55,249 nt of DNA from a virus (IMGVR_UViG_3300017702_000602:1-55249), one strand, 5' to 3'. Counted from the stretch's first letter, positions 26,840 through 35,908 are shown. A program made the numbers and translations. The notes: generated by a model not told the origin, from the sequence alone.

Positions 26840-27232
26840 TTATCGCTGCTGTTCAACCGGTGGGTTCTTTTCGATAATCATTGCGTCAATCTTGGGCACT
26901 AGATCCACCGCGATATTCAGGGCCACCAAAATGGTTCCGACTATGCCGAACGCCCACATCGCGCCCTTGAAGAGGCTGGTGATCTTGCCAATGGCCTGCC
27001 CCATCTCCTTGAAGCCCTGCACCTGATCATCACGCAGACCGGTAACCTCGCTCTTGAGGTCATCAACCCCCTTCAGGGCTTGTTCCGCGCTTCGTTCGGT
27101 GAGTGCCATGCGGTGCGGGAGCCTCTCCTCTTCCAATACGCGCAGGCGATGATCATGCAGGCCTTGACCGCGCTCGAGGCCGTTCACCCGTAGAGGGATA
27201 CTGTCCATTTCGCTGGGCGCCTCATGTGTCAT
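26840..27232 (-). CDS. Coiled-coil protein with C-terminal TM helix
   Basis: Hydrophobic AMWAFGIVGTILVALNIAV; start at ATG 27232. Confidence 0.65.
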   Translation of the reverse strand: MTHEAPSEMDSIPLRVNGLERGQGLHDHRLRVLEEERLPHRMALTERSAEQALKGVDDLKSEVTGLRDDQVQGFKEMGQAIGKITSLFKGAMWAFGIVGTILVALNIAVDLVPKIDAMIIEKNPPVEQQR

Positions 27233-27339
27233 CCTGGAAACTTCTCCACCACTGCCGAGCCAGGTAGGCCAGCACAAGCCATGAAAATAAAATGATGATC
27301 GTTGCCAGGACGGCTGCATGGGCCGTGTCCTGTGCGTAT

Positions 27340-27582
27340 TTACTCAGCCGCGCGGATCGCATCGACCAGTCCGTTATGTGGGATAGCACAACCATGGTAT
27401 TGCTCAGCCCAGAGCTTCATGGTTTCCAGAATGGTGCCGCCTGTCCCGTCATTCAGGGTTGGGAGAGTCTCGGGGCATCTGATCAGCAGGTTCTGCTGGT
27501 AGTGCCTGGGCTGCGGCGTTGAGCAGGCGGACACCAGCGTCAGGCAGGCACACATTGCGATAAACAGGCTTCTGGATCTCAC
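27340..27582 (-). CDS. o-spanin (Rz1-like lipoprotein)
   Basis: Lipobox VSAC, CPETLP.L, C...HNGLV; overlaps the i-spanin. Confidence 0.8.
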   Translation of the reverse strand: MRSRSLFIAMCACLTLVSACSTPQPRHYQQNLLIRCPETLPTLNDGTGGTILETMKLWAEQYHGCAIPHNGLVDAIRAAE

Positions 27583-27832
27583 GGATCACTCCTCTGTCGA
27601 TAACTCGCTGGTTTGCCTGCAGCTGGGACAGCCGCTCTTGAATGTGCTTGGCGATCTGGGATTCACGGGCCATAGCAGCATCAATCGCCGCCTGGGCACC
27701 GCGCTCTTCCGCCAAGGCCTTGCTGTCTTCATACCAGCCACGACCAATCCAGCCGCCGCCGGCGATGCCCGCGATCAAGGCGATAACCGCCAGATACGGG
27801 CCAATACGGTTGAATAGGGTTAACCAAGTCAT
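27449..27832 (-). CDS. i-spanin (Rz-like)
   Basis: N-terminal TM, coiled-coil, PVY.NVCL..AG...LN. Confidence 0.8.
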   Translation of the reverse strand: MTWLTLFNRIGPYLAVIALIAGIAGGGWIGRGWYEDSKALAEERGAQAAIDAAMARESQIAKHIQERLSQLQANQRVIDRGVIREIQKPVYRNVCLPDAGVRLLNAAAQALPAEPADQMPRDSPNPE

Positions 27833-28041
27833 TTCTGCTCCCGGCGCCACTGCCAGAACTTGATCAGGGCCGGCGGGATAGCCAGAAATGCCCCGTAAGC
27901 CGTGGCAGTGCCGCCGCTGATGTCCGGCGGATTGTCTCCGAACACCCGGTAGGTCACCCAGGCGAACGCTACAGCCCCCTCAATCAGCAGGATCAGCACC
28001 ACAAGGGCGTTGCTGCTGATGAACTGGTACAGGCGGCTCAT
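27829..28041 (-). CDS. Putative holin
   Basis: 70 aa, two TM segments, basic C-terminus, within the lysis cassette. Confidence 0.65.
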   Translation of the reverse strand: MSRLYQFISSNALVVLILLIEGAVAFAWVTYRVFGDNPPDISGGTATAYGAFLAIPPALIKFWQWRREQK

Positions 28042-28451
28042 TGCTGGAAAATCTCAAAGTGGGGCAAATCGTCAAAGCTGTTGTCTTTGACCTCTGTGTC
28101 CCGGTCCCAGTCGCCACCCCATCGCAGGTAAGAGCGAATCTTGCCCTCTTGGCGCAGACGCTCGGCCACCCCCATGACGTAACCGGCGAAATAATGGAAC
28201 CGCTCACGGTCATGCCAGTTAATGGGATACGGGACAACGTCCACGGCCATGCTGGGGAAGCTGTTGTGCTTGCTGCCCGGATAAGCCAGCTGGGTCTTGC
28301 CCTCGGCCAGAAGCCGGTTCTGGGTCGCCTCATTGCGGTGGCCGCAGAGAATGGAGCAATCAAACTCCTTCACCACTTCCCGCATGATGCGCTGCAGGTC
28401 ATCGTGGCAGGTGTTCAGCCGCTGGTTGCTGCGGTTGCTGAATGCCGGCAT
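28038..28451 (-). CDS. Endolysin, M15 family L-Ala-D-Glu peptidase
   Basis: G.R...Q, SKH....AVD, RWGGDW, DLPHFE. Confidence 0.92.
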   Translation of the reverse strand: MPAFSNRSNQRLNTCHDDLQRIMREVVKEFDCSILCGHRNEATQNRLLAEGKTQLAYPGSKHNSFPSMAVDVVPYPINWHDRERFHYFAGYVMGVAERLRQEGKIRSYLRWGGDWDRDTEVKDNSFDDLPHFEIFQQ

Positions 28452-28468
28452 GACGACCTCCTAATAAG

Positions 28469-28645
28469 CTATTGAACGCCGCGATCAAAGGCGGAAAGGT
28501 CTTCGTCTGCATGCTCTATATCGTCATGCACCCAGAGCAGGCACGGCTCGCGATCATCACGAAATTCATTTGTGCCAATCGGGGTCAGGATTCTCTGGCA
28601 AACAGGACAGTAACGGCTGAATTCAGGCAGTTCGTGCTCAGCCAT
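28469..28645 (-). CDS. Small acidic CxxC protein (58 aa)
   Basis: Manual translation MAEHELPEFSRYCPVCQRIL...; GGAG RBS; first gene after tR'. Confidence 0.6.
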   Translation of the reverse strand: MAEHELPEFSRYCPVCQRILTPIGTNEFRDDREPCLLWVHDDIEHADEDLSAFDRGVQ

Positions 28646-28657
28646 GCACTGCTCCAG

Positions 28658-28683
28658 AAAAAGAAAAACCCGCTTTCGCGGGT
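28658..28683 (-). terminator. tR'-like terminator of the late leader
   Basis: ACCCGC-GAAA-GCGGGTTTTTCTTTT. Confidence 0.8.
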
Positions 28684-28755
28684 CGGATTTGGGGGAAGGT
28701 TTTACTGTTTGCCTTAGGAGAACAGGTGTCTGCCTTATTTCAGAGGCAGTTTCGT

Positions 28756-28806
28756 ATTGTGGTTAAAACTGTACATTAGCTACGGTCATTTGCACTACGG
28801 TCATTT
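28756..28806 (-). promoter_or_regulatory. Late promoter PR' with candidate Q-binding direct repeats
   Basis: ctacggtcattt at 28780-28791 and 28795-28806; GTGCAA-16bp-TACAGT, followed by -10-like CACAAT. Confidence 0.55.
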
Positions 28807-29344
28807 ACGCACTTTCTCTTTGCCGTAGCGCCACGATTTCTTTGCATACTTCCGCTGGCTTTCTGATGGCCTCGCGCTCCCAGCGATGCAGCTGGTCCCC
28901 GAGGGATTTCCACCATGACTTCCATTGCCGCTTGTACCAGTTGCTCTGATCGATACCAATCATCTGGCACACAAGCTCCACGGACATCGGGCCGCCGCGG
29001 CATTCATGCTGAAAGTTGAAAATTGCCACCTCTGCCAGGCGCTTAACCTTCAAGAAAGTCCGATCTTGCTTGATGTCGTCACCATGGCGCTTGATGAAGG
29101 CGGCCAGCAAATGCCGGTGCAGCGTCTTCAGGTTCACATCATCCCATTCCGGCGCGTAGCACATGATCAGAATGTCACCCAGGGGGCGCTCTTGCTTCTC
29201 TACGGCCGCCATGATCTTACCCGACCATACGCCTCTACCTATGGCGTAGTTATGCGCCGACTGTGGATCACCACCAGAGCCATTTGGCTGCATCTTGTGG
29301 ATACCGTAGGCCTCATGGATCATCTTCTTCGTATCAGCCATCAA
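28805..29344 (-). CDS. Late antiterminator Q-like protein
   Basis: Last early gene before lysis; C-terminal HTH-like IGIDQSNW...W...W. Confidence 0.72.
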   Translation of the reverse strand: MMADTKKMIHEAYGIHKMQPNGSGGDPQSAHNYAIGRGVWSGKIMAAVEKQERPLGDILIMCYAPEWDDVNLKTLHRHLLAAFIKRHGDDIKQDRTFLKVKRLAEVAIFNFQHECRGGPMSVELVCQMIGIDQSNWYKRQWKSWWKSLGDQLHRWEREAIRKPAEVCKEIVALRQRESA

Positions 29345-29538
29345 TCCTCTCCCTTCCGAACCAGAATCACGTAAACGAAAAGCAAGGGGCCAATCAGCCA
29401 GAAAATTGACTTGGGAATATCCTTCACAAAGTCACCTTTTTTGGCATCGATAACTTGGGCCGCCAATACCAACGACATACGCACCGACTCACCCAGCATC
29501 AGCCACAAGATCACGCACAAGGCCGTTAATCCCAGCAT
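29341..29538 (-). CDS. Small membrane protein
   Basis: Two hydrophobic segments; start at ATG 29538. Confidence 0.55.
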   Translation of the reverse strand: MLGLTALCVILWLMLGESVRMSLVLAAQVIDAKKGDFVKDIPKSIFWLIGPLLFVYVILVRKGED

Positions 29539-29945
29539 CACGAACACTCCTCTGCCGCCTGCACCAGGCGCTTTATGGTCTCGATGGCATGCCCCTGACG
29601 AACCATTGCCGGGGAGCACCGGTAGATGTTCCAGCCCATACGCATGGCTGCGTCATACTTGCGCAGGTCTTCTTCCATGCCTTTGGATGTTTGGTGGCGC
29701 CCTAAAGCCATTTTCCCGTTGCTGGTTTTCCCGTATCGGGTAATACCCTCTACTTCCACGGCTAGGCCAAGCCCAGGGTGAGCGAAGTCAAACCGCCAAT
29801 CCCTCAAACCTGCATCAGCCAGACGCTTACGAAGGCCCTTGCCTGGCCCTCCTACAGCCATAGCGCCAAAGCGGTATTCACGATCCCAGCCGCTCAGCTT
29901 CTCGGCCATAAGGTGCAGGGCCAGCGTTTCCTCTGCTGCACTCAA
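29538..29945 (-). CDS. PD-(D/E)xK endonuclease (possible resolvase)
   Basis: EYRF...WRFDFA...LAVEVEG...D..KY..A...GW. Confidence 0.75.
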   Translation of the reverse strand: MSAAEETLALHLMAEKLSGWDREYRFGAMAVGGPGKGLRKRLADAGLRDWRFDFAHPGLGLAVEVEGITRYGKTSNGKMALGRHQTSKGMEEDLRKYDAAMRMGWNIYRCSPAMVRQGHAIETIKRLVQAAEECS

Positions 29946-30148
29946 CGGTAAGCACCCCCGGATTTCTTATGACCCCTCATCTTTGGGCACCCCTCATCGG
30001 ACAACATGTCCGGGCATATCAGCCAAATATTGCTTGGCTCTACCGTATCCCAGCCCCAGCCTGGCGGAAGCGGATCTACTGTGTCCGGGCGGGCGCCACA
30101 GCGAGCACACCGAGCCTCCATTAGCGTAATCAGCGGCCTATAGCTCAT
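29942..30148 (-). CDS. Small Cys-rich hypothetical protein
   Basis: CARC motif; GGAGGA RBS. Confidence 0.5.
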   Translation of the reverse strand: MSYRPLITLMEARCARCGARPDTVDPLPPGWGWDTVEPSNIWLICPDMLSDEGCPKMRGHKKSGGAYR

Positions 30149-30184
30149 GCTCCATCCTCCTTTGCTTTTCCCTTCCCTGCGCTA

Positions 30185-30544
30185 TCATCGTCTGTAGCCC
30201 TCGATAGCTGCGACAACCTCAGGCGGGCACGGATATTCCCCATGCTGGCGCCGGTAATGCGCCACCAAGCGTCCGAAGATGGCTTTCTCGATCTCTTTAC
30301 GGGTTTTCCCCAGGCCTTGGCCTGCGAATACCGACAGGTCTCCGTGGATTCCTTGTGTGCCTTGGTGAGCCTCATAGCTCAAAGGCACGACCCACCACTG
30401 GCCTATTTCCACCTTGTTGTGCTTGGCGGTACTTCCGGCGCAGTGATGGATGCAGGCCGGTCCGAGGCCGATATAGCAGCCTTGGCTTGCCAGCCAGGCA
30501 TGCCAGCGTTTTTGGGCTGCGGTTGGCGCTTTGCTGCTGTTCAT
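30185..30544 (-). CDS. Ref/DUF968-like HNH-type protein
   Basis: GC...IHH...VPL...HQG..GIH. Confidence 0.55.
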   Translation of the reverse strand: MNSSKAPTAAQKRWHAWLASQGCYIGLGPACIHHCAGSTAKHNKVEIGQWWVVPLSYEAHQGTQGIHGDLSVFAGQGLGKTRKEIEKAIFGRLVAHYRRQHGEYPCPPEVVAAIEGYRR

Positions 30545-30810
30545 TGGCTGCCCTTCTTGAGTCTGGCTTGTTCGCGAATGGCTTCATCACCGGAAATTCT
30601 TTTTCCCCCTGTGCCGTCTTCAGCCCAGTACTGGATATAAGCCAAGCGCGCTTTGCCGTGCCCACAACAAGCATTCATAACCGGTGCAGGAAGAGTTCCG
30701 AGACAGCCGTCATGGCCTTCCTGGGTGGGCCCCTTGAGGCAGTGGACACATATGCCGCGCTGCCCGCTGCCGGCGTCCTCTGGCCCGTAGTGGCTGGAGG
30801 CGTCTCTCAC
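30541..30810 (-). CDS. Cys-rich hypothetical protein
   Basis: CVHC, GHDGCLGTLP, NACCGHG. Confidence 0.6.
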   Translation of the reverse strand: MRDASSHYGPEDAGSGQRGICVHCLKGPTQEGHDGCLGTLPAPVMNACCGHGKARLAYIQYWAEDGTGGKRISGDEAIREQARLKKGSQ

Positions 30811-31103
30811 CGCACCACCTCCGCATGCACCTGCACAGAGGCCTTCCGCCCCTCCCAGTCGATGCCGACCCGATCCCAGATGTATTCGGGCATCTTGTTC
30901 AGCATGAAGGGGCGCTTGTTGCGGAACGTGTACTCATCCCGGATCGCTTCGCCCTGCTCATTGGGCTCACCTTCCACGGTCACCGTCATGGACCATTTAC
31001 GGGGATGCTGGGCCACTGAAAGCACATTGCCGCGGGCCTTCAGCGCCAGGGTCCCCACCCGGGCGAATCGGAATAAATCAAAATCAACTGATGGACGACT
31101 CAT
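30807..31103 (-). CDS. Hypothetical protein
   Basis: Coupled overlaps in the nin-like operon. Confidence 0.6.
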   Translation of the reverse strand: MSRPSVDFDLFRFARVGTLALKARGNVLSVAQHPRKWSMTVTVEGEPNEQGEAIRDEYTFRNKRPFMLNKMPEYIWDRVGIDWEGRKASVQVHAEVVR

Positions 31104-31603
31104 GACACCTGCTCTCCCATGATTTCCACCAACGCCTGGATGTTCTCCAGATCCAGCGTCGGCCAGTAGTGCTCCACCACGTGCTGGCAGAACCCCGTAA
31201 ACACATTTTCAAATTCGTCCTGGTCCATTTCGTCGTAGGCCAGGCTGCGCGGGTAATACATGACCACCTTGTCGCCGGTAGACATCACCCGGATTGATAC
31301 CGCCTCACACCCAATTTGGGCTTCTGCCTGCAATCGCTTCAGCACGTCATGGGCAGTCATGCCGCGGAAGTCATCGATGTTCTGCGCCACCAGCTCCCCG
31401 AAGAGGTGGACCATCTTGTGGTACCAGTACTCGCGCATTCGGCGGACCTGCACGGTTACCATGTCCCCGACCTTCAGGCCCTTTTCCCGCAGCCGTTTCT
31501 GGCAAAATCCGTCCGCCGGCAAAAGCACACCGGTTCTATCCAGCACCCCCACCCTCATGGGCAGGGTTTCTTTCATGCGCGACTTACGAACAGCCACCGT
31601 CAC
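31100..31603 (-). CDS. DUF1367/NinB-like protein
   Basis: H..LF...PRSLAYDEMDQDEF. Confidence 0.6.
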   Translation of the reverse strand: MTVAVRKSRMKETLPMRVGVLDRTGVLLPADGFCQKRLREKGLKVGDMVTVQVRRMREYWYHKMVHLFGELVAQNIDDFRGMTAHDVLKRLQAEAQIGCEAVSIRVMSTGDKVVMYYPRSLAYDEMDQDEFENVFTGFCQHVVEHYWPTLDLENIQALVEIMGEQVS

Positions 31604-31905
31604 TGAAAAAGCCCCAGCTGCTGCTCTTTGATCGGGATCCGGACCAGCTTTGCTTTCTTGCCCGAACCGTTGTTTTCGATCTTCCGCTGCAGCTCAGTTA
31701 GCAGGCCGTCTTTCACCAGCTTGTTCACCCGGCCGCAGACAGCGCCGTACTCAAGACCGGTACCCTCGTGTATTTCACGGCGCGTACAGGCCTTGTTCTG
31801 GGTGGATAACCACTGAACGATCTGGTCACACTGGGTCAGCTCTTTCCCGCCCTGGACGTGATCGTGATATGTGCTAACGCTCGTTTGTGCGACTGACATC
31901 ACCAC
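31600..31905 (-). CDS. Winged-HTH protein
   Basis: TRREI...TGL....VCGRVN.L...G; ends with QLGLF. Confidence 0.7.
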   Translation of the reverse strand: MVMSVAQTSVSTYHDHVQGGKELTQCDQIVQWLSTQNKACTRREIHEGTGLEYGAVCGRVNKLVKDGLLTELQRKIENNGSGKKAKLVRIPIKEQQLGLFQ

Positions 31906-32567
31906 CCCCTGACCATTGCTTTGATGTCCGGCAGGTGCTCGCTGGCGGCCTGTTCTCGCTCAGCCTGCACCTGCTTCGATGTCTTGCTTGGAAGGCGCCC
32001 CAATGGCGGCTCGCTCAAATTGCTGGCCTGCTGCAGAGCGCGATCGTATTCACGCTCAAAGATCTTGCGCATGTACTGGCCCCGCTCTGCCAGGTCCGTC
32101 TGCCCGGTCCAAACGGCAGCCCAGTACACGCAGCGATGACTCCAGGGAAGCCACTCACTGTGCGGGGAGCGGTTGCTGGCCTCTTTCCAAGCCGACTCCA
32201 GATCTGGTGCGCCCACCGTCGCCGGGTCCATCTTGCACAGGGCCAGAAACGCACCGGGGTTATCCGGTGGCCAGGATTCCTTCCTCACTGCCTCCAAACC
32301 GATACGCAGCATCACGGGCGTCACGCTCGCGTCACGAAATGCGAGCAACCACTGCCGTTTGCTCTCACGCAGGTCGTCACCCGTTTTCCAGATCGTTGGA
32401 AACCGCCGTGGCCAGGTTCTGCGGAACACCCGAAAGATTTCATCGACAACCGTGGTGAGCTCATCAGTTGACGCCCTCTGCCCAGCTTCTGTCGTCGGTG
32501 TCTTCGATTGCGGATTCGACCGAGTCCCGGTCATGGCCGTTTTTGCTAGATCGTGAGCCTGCTGCAT
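31899..32567 (-). CDS. Replication protein P-like (helicase loader)
   Basis: KRQWL.AF, PGAFLALC, WSH..VYWAA; follows the initiator gene. Confidence 0.8.
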   Translation of the reverse strand: MQQAHDLAKTAMTGTRSNPQSKTPTTEAGQRASTDELTTVVDEIFRVFRRTWPRRFPTIWKTGDDLRESKRQWLLAFRDASVTPVMLRIGLEAVRKESWPPDNPGAFLALCKMDPATVGAPDLESAWKEASNRSPHSEWLPWSHRCVYWAAVWTGQTDLAERGQYMRKIFEREYDRALQQASNLSEPPLGRLPSKTSKQVQAEREQAASEHLPDIKAMVRGW

Positions 32568-33333
32568 GGGTATTCCTCCGTCGCGACTGAAGGGCCTGAA
32601 TCAGCTTGTGTTCCCACTGCGACTGGGTGAGCTGATCGGATCGGGTTAGCCAGTAGGATTTGAATTCGCCCAGGGATTCCTGAGTCAGGTCACCGGCAGG
32701 GATGCCGGCCATGGTCATTCGGGCAGCGATACCGTCCGAGGGGGTCCAATCGGGGGCCATGGAAATTTTTTCACGCCCGTCCGGTGTAGAAGATGTTTTA
32801 CTTCTACTCTTCTCTTCTCTTCTCCCCGTGACGTTTTGTGACGTTCGTGACGCAGCGGAATCCTGTTCTTTATCGGCGCCATTACGCTTCTTTCTCTCCC
32901 GATATTCACGGGCTCTCTGTGCGTCTGTCTTTGGCTTTTTGCGTTCTGAATCTGGCGTATTGAATTCACTGAAGTTGTTGAATGTTAAGCCGTTTTCATC
33001 ATCTTCTGAGACCCAGCCAACCGCTTCCATTGCAACACCGAATCCAGGAATGCCCGCTATGTCATCAAGGTCCATGATGGTCATGAAATCGACCGCCTCA
33101 CTCGACTTGATCACGGCATTGACCGCGCCCCACACTTCAAGCAAACCGCACACCGTCACGCGAGTTACGTTCTCAAACGTGACGACTTCCGTGACGGCGT
33201 CACGACATGTCATCTGCTGGGGATCGGTCCACCAGTTCATGAATTCACGGTCAAACGAAAGCTGACGAGCCATAGCGATCACCCGGGGGTGACGCCGTAA
33301 GTTCGTCCGCATCTTGATCCAGTCACCAGCCAT
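32464..33333 (-). CDS. Replication initiator (O-like) with DnaT-like C-terminal domain
   Basis: MAGDWIKMR..L..HP.V N-terminus; M..DW.PS...L.EF..YW...QWE.KL. Confidence 0.85.
   Translation of the reverse strand: MAGDWIKMRTNLRRHPRVIAMARQLSFDREFMNWWTDPQQMTCRDAVTEVVTFENVTRVTVCGLLEVWGAVNAVIKSSEAVDFMTIMDLDDIAGIPGFGVAMEAVGWVSEDDENGLTFNNFSEFNTPDSERKKPKTDAQRAREYRERKKRNGADKEQDSAASRTSQNVTGRREEKSRSKTSSTPDGREKISMAPDWTPSDGIAARMTMAGIPAGDLTQESLGEFKSYWLTRSDQLTQSQWEHKLIQALQSRRRNTHAAGSRSSKNGHDRDSVESAIEDTDDRSWAEGVN
32790..33204. repeat. Candidate origin: GTGACG iteron-like repeats and pyrimidine tract inside the O gene
   Basis: gtgacg at 32828, 32838, 32847 and a further cluster at about 33154-33204; ttctc run at about 32800-32825. 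Confidence 0.5.
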
Positions 33334-33431
33334 CAGTGATGCCGCTCCCGGTGTTCGCAAATGGCTTCACAGACCACGCAGGCCAAAATAGGCACGAGCC
33401 AGGCCACGAGAAAGCCAGCATCGAAGCTCAT
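33333..33431 (-). CDS. 32-aa membrane peptide
   Basis: MSFDAGFLVAWLVPILACVVCEAICEHRERHH; start/stop overlaps with both neighbours. Confidence 0.55.
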   Translation of the reverse strand: MSFDAGFLVAWLVPILACVVCEAICEHRERHH

Positions 33432-33994
33432 GCAGCCCCCCGCTTGTCCTCTGCCATAGCCCTGAGAGCCGCAGCCACCTGCTTGCTGCTGGAGCTGTCG
33501 TCATCGAACGCCATGGCCGCAGCTTCAAGCTGTTCGGCGGTCATACCCAGGTGCTTGCCCGTGGCCAAACTGAAGCGCAGATGATCGGTCTGTTCGTCGT
33601 GCTGCTGATCCAGACTGAGCACATCCACCAGTTCTGCCGCCGCACTCTTCCCGCGAGGGAAAATCATCACCTTGGCAGCCGACTGAAACGGCTCAGGAAG
33701 GCAGTCGATGAAAGTGAAGCCCACGGACATGGGCAGGGAGGTATGGCCGCTCAGCATGGCGCCAAGACGCTTGGCGGCTTTGCGGGGGTCATCGATTGGC
33801 AGATGTGGCGCCCTGCTGTGACCCTGAAGCTTCTCAGCCAGATCTCCGGCTACTCGGGCTTGCATGCCATTACGGTGGCGTCCCAGCATGCGCCAGATTT
33901 CCTCCAGCTTTTCTTCCTGCGAGCCCTGGTCTCGGACCAGCTGGGGCACCTGCCCCAAGATTTTGTTCAGTTCGTCCATTACCTTGGTCCCCAT
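33428..33994 (-). CDS. CII-position regulatory protein
   Basis: Between cro and O; function from position only. Confidence 0.55.
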   Translation of the reverse strand: MGTKVMDELNKILGQVPQLVRDQGSQEEKLEEIWRMLGRHRNGMQARVAGDLAEKLQGHSRAPHLPIDDPRKAAKRLGAMLSGHTSLPMSVGFTFIDCLPEPFQSAAKVMIFPRGKSAAAELVDVLSLDQQHDEQTDHLRFSLATGKHLGMTAEQLEAAAMAFDDDSSSSKQVAAALRAMAEDKRGAA

Positions 33995-34114
33995 GGATAA
34001 CTTGATTGCACAAACTTCAATTCTTCAAATGCGGGCCATCGTGGAGTGCTGGCCCCAGAGGCGCCTTAACCGGGAGTTGTGCCTGCTGCGTTTACAACAC
34101 GGCACTGCCCGGCT

Positions 34115-34333
34115 TCAGGCGGCTGTTTCATCCCAAGGAAAGTCTGGGCAAAGATCCTGTCGAGTGAATTTGCCCCCAGTAGCCTTTTCCGCTCTTACAG
34201 CGGCCGAAGGCTTTGGCTTAAACAATTCCCGACACCATCCAGATACTGTTGACTGATCAACCTTTACGGCTTGCGCAGTGGCCTCCTGGGTGCCGAAATG
34301 CTTAACGAGGCGCTTATAGATGTTGTCGTCCAT
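34115..34333 (-). CDS. cro: Cro-like repressor
   Basis: FGTQ..TA.A..VDQSTVS.W...TGG...DLCP; divergent from cI. Confidence 0.9.
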   Translation of the reverse strand: MDDNIYKRLVKHFGTQEATAQAVKVDQSTVSGWCRELFKPKPSAAVRAEKATGGKFTRQDLCPDFPWDETAA

Positions 34334-34347
34334 AGTCGGTCCTGAAT

Positions 34348-34409
34348 ATGAGATTTCTCATAGGGTATTACATGAGAACTCTCATTTGCAAGAGTATGAG
34401 CCACCTCAT
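34348..34409. promoter_or_regulatory. OR: three operators ATGAG-N4-CTCAT (34348-34361, 34372-34385, 34396-34409)
   Basis: Palindromes at exact 24-bp period between cro and cI. Confidence 0.92.
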
Positions 34410-34421
34410 ATAAGATCGGGT

Positions 34422-35102
34422 ATGAATATTCAGATGCGAATGGTGGCCGCTCGCGAGCATGCAGGGCTGACCCAGAAAGAGCTTGCCGAAAAGGTGTATC
34501 GGATTTCCGGCCGCAAGTTGGACCAGGCGGTTATCTCGAACCTTGAGCGTGGCAAGGCTGCGAGCTCTAAACGTCTACCCGATATAGCGAAAGCCTGCGG
34601 AGTCAGGACAGACTGGTTGACGCTTGGGGAGGGCGAAATGGTTCCCACCACAGCGGTGCGGGAAAATTCAGCTGACTACGACGTATCCCCCGGCCCCAGC
34701 ATCGTCCAAGGCCAGATCCCCATTATCAGCTACGTGCGCGCGGGTGATTTCTGCGAGGCCGAAGACCCATTCGAGCCGGGGGATGCAGATGAATGGTTGC
34801 CCTTCCGTCCGCCAGGCGCCGGGCCGCGAACCTATGCCTTGAAGGTAGAGGGTGAGAGCAATGACCCACGAATAAGGAACGGAGAGGTGGTGATCGTGGA
34901 CCCGGATAAAGCACCTGATCCGGGTAAATACGTGGTGGCCAAGCGCCATAGCGACAGCAAAGTCACACTCAAGCAGCTATCTCTGGCCGAAGGTGAGTAT
35001 TTCTTGAAGCCAGGCAATCGAGACTGGCCAGAGCCCATCATCAAGGTGGACGGGGATTGGTCTATTTGTGGCGTGGTAATCGGCAAGTACGACCCTATGT
35101 GA
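34422..35102 (+). CDS. cI: CI repressor (HTH + S24 peptidase)
   Basis: HTH GLTQKELA...ISNLERG; VRAG cleavage site; GES Ser and TLK Lys. Confidence 0.95.
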   Translation: MNIQMRMVAAREHAGLTQKELAEKVYRISGRKLDQAVISNLERGKAASSKRLPDIAKACGVRTDWLTLGEGEMVPTTAVRENSADYDVSPGPSIVQGQIPIISYVRAGDFCEAEDPFEPGDADEWLPFRPPGAGPRTYALKVEGESNDPRIRNGEVVIVDPDKAPDPGKYVVAKRHSDSKVTLKQLSLAEGEYFLKPGNRDWPEPIIKVDGDWSICGVVIGKYDPM

Positions 35103-35146
35103 GGAAATAGTTAGTCACCATTGACGCACCAAGGAAGGGATCGATA

Positions 35147-35908
35147 TTGGAACAGCTATTAATAGGGACATTGCTTCCGGGCGCAGTTCCCATTCAGAAT
35201 AAAAATATAAATCCTGTTTGGCGTGGGAACGTCCAACTAGATGGTATTCGTAGACAGATGTACGTTAAATCTGTAGTCCCGCGAACATTGGCGGTTGAGG
35301 TCATTTGCTCAATTATTGGAAGAATGATCGGCCTCCCTATCCCACGACCAGCCATAGTAAGAGTAACCAGCGAATCACTAAATAGCGTTACATCTGACCA
35401 AGTTTTCTTTGGATCTGAATCAATAGACAATCCAGATTTAAAAAAGTGGCTTAGTAAAGACGAGGTTGCCACTATGAAAAGGCTTCATAATTGGTCGAAA
35501 TTGCTTGACGCTGGCTGCTTTGATGAGTGGATCGCCAATGCTGACCGGCATGGTGGAAACATATTGTATGGTGGCGGCAGCAACTTCTCTCTGATTGACC
35601 ATAGTGAGGCTTTGCCCACAGGGCTTCCCGTATCAAAGCCCGCACCAGCAAATATCGTTCTTTCCGTAGCAGCAGAAAATAAGACAGCTAAACAGCTGCA
35701 AGATCTATATGGAAAGGCAAAAACATGCTCGTACCCTTTTGCAGGCACGGCAATACAGACCGAGGTCCAGAACATCTTAAAGGCTGTTTGTGATCATACT
35801 ACCGTCGAAGACCTCATAGATTTCCTTCATCAAAGGGTGCATAGTCTGCTGATTCTTATTTCGCAACGAATAGGCTACAAACAAGACCACTTGGCCCTAG
35901 ACAAATGA
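35147..35908 (+). CDS. HipA-like Ser/Thr kinase
   Basis: YVK, LAVEVI...IGLPIP, FDEWIANADRHGGNIL, LIDH; low GC; TTG start with AAGGAAGG. Confidence 0.85.
   Translation: MEQLLIGTLLPGAVPIQNKNINPVWRGNVQLDGIRRQMYVKSVVPRTLAVEVICSIIGRMIGLPIPRPAIVRVTSESLNSVTSDQVFFGSESIDNPDLKKWLSKDEVATMKRLHNWSKLLDAGCFDEWIANADRHGGNILYGGGSNFSLIDHSEALPTGLPVSKPAPANIVLSVAAENKTAKQLQDLYGKAKTCSYPFAGTAIQTEVQNILKAVCDHTTVEDLIDFLHQRVHSLLILISQRIGYKQDHLALDK

Noticed and set aside
25330-26900. cos or pac packaging site
   Set aside because: No recognisable site by eye; needs virion DNA end sequencing
34348-34409. CRISPR-like periodic repeat
   Set aside because: 14-bp palindromes with 10-bp gaps between cro and cI are operators; no cas genes
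34320-34421. N-terminal extension of CI in the ORF track
   Set aside because: Runs through the OR operators and the cro start; ATG 34422 fits the HTH start
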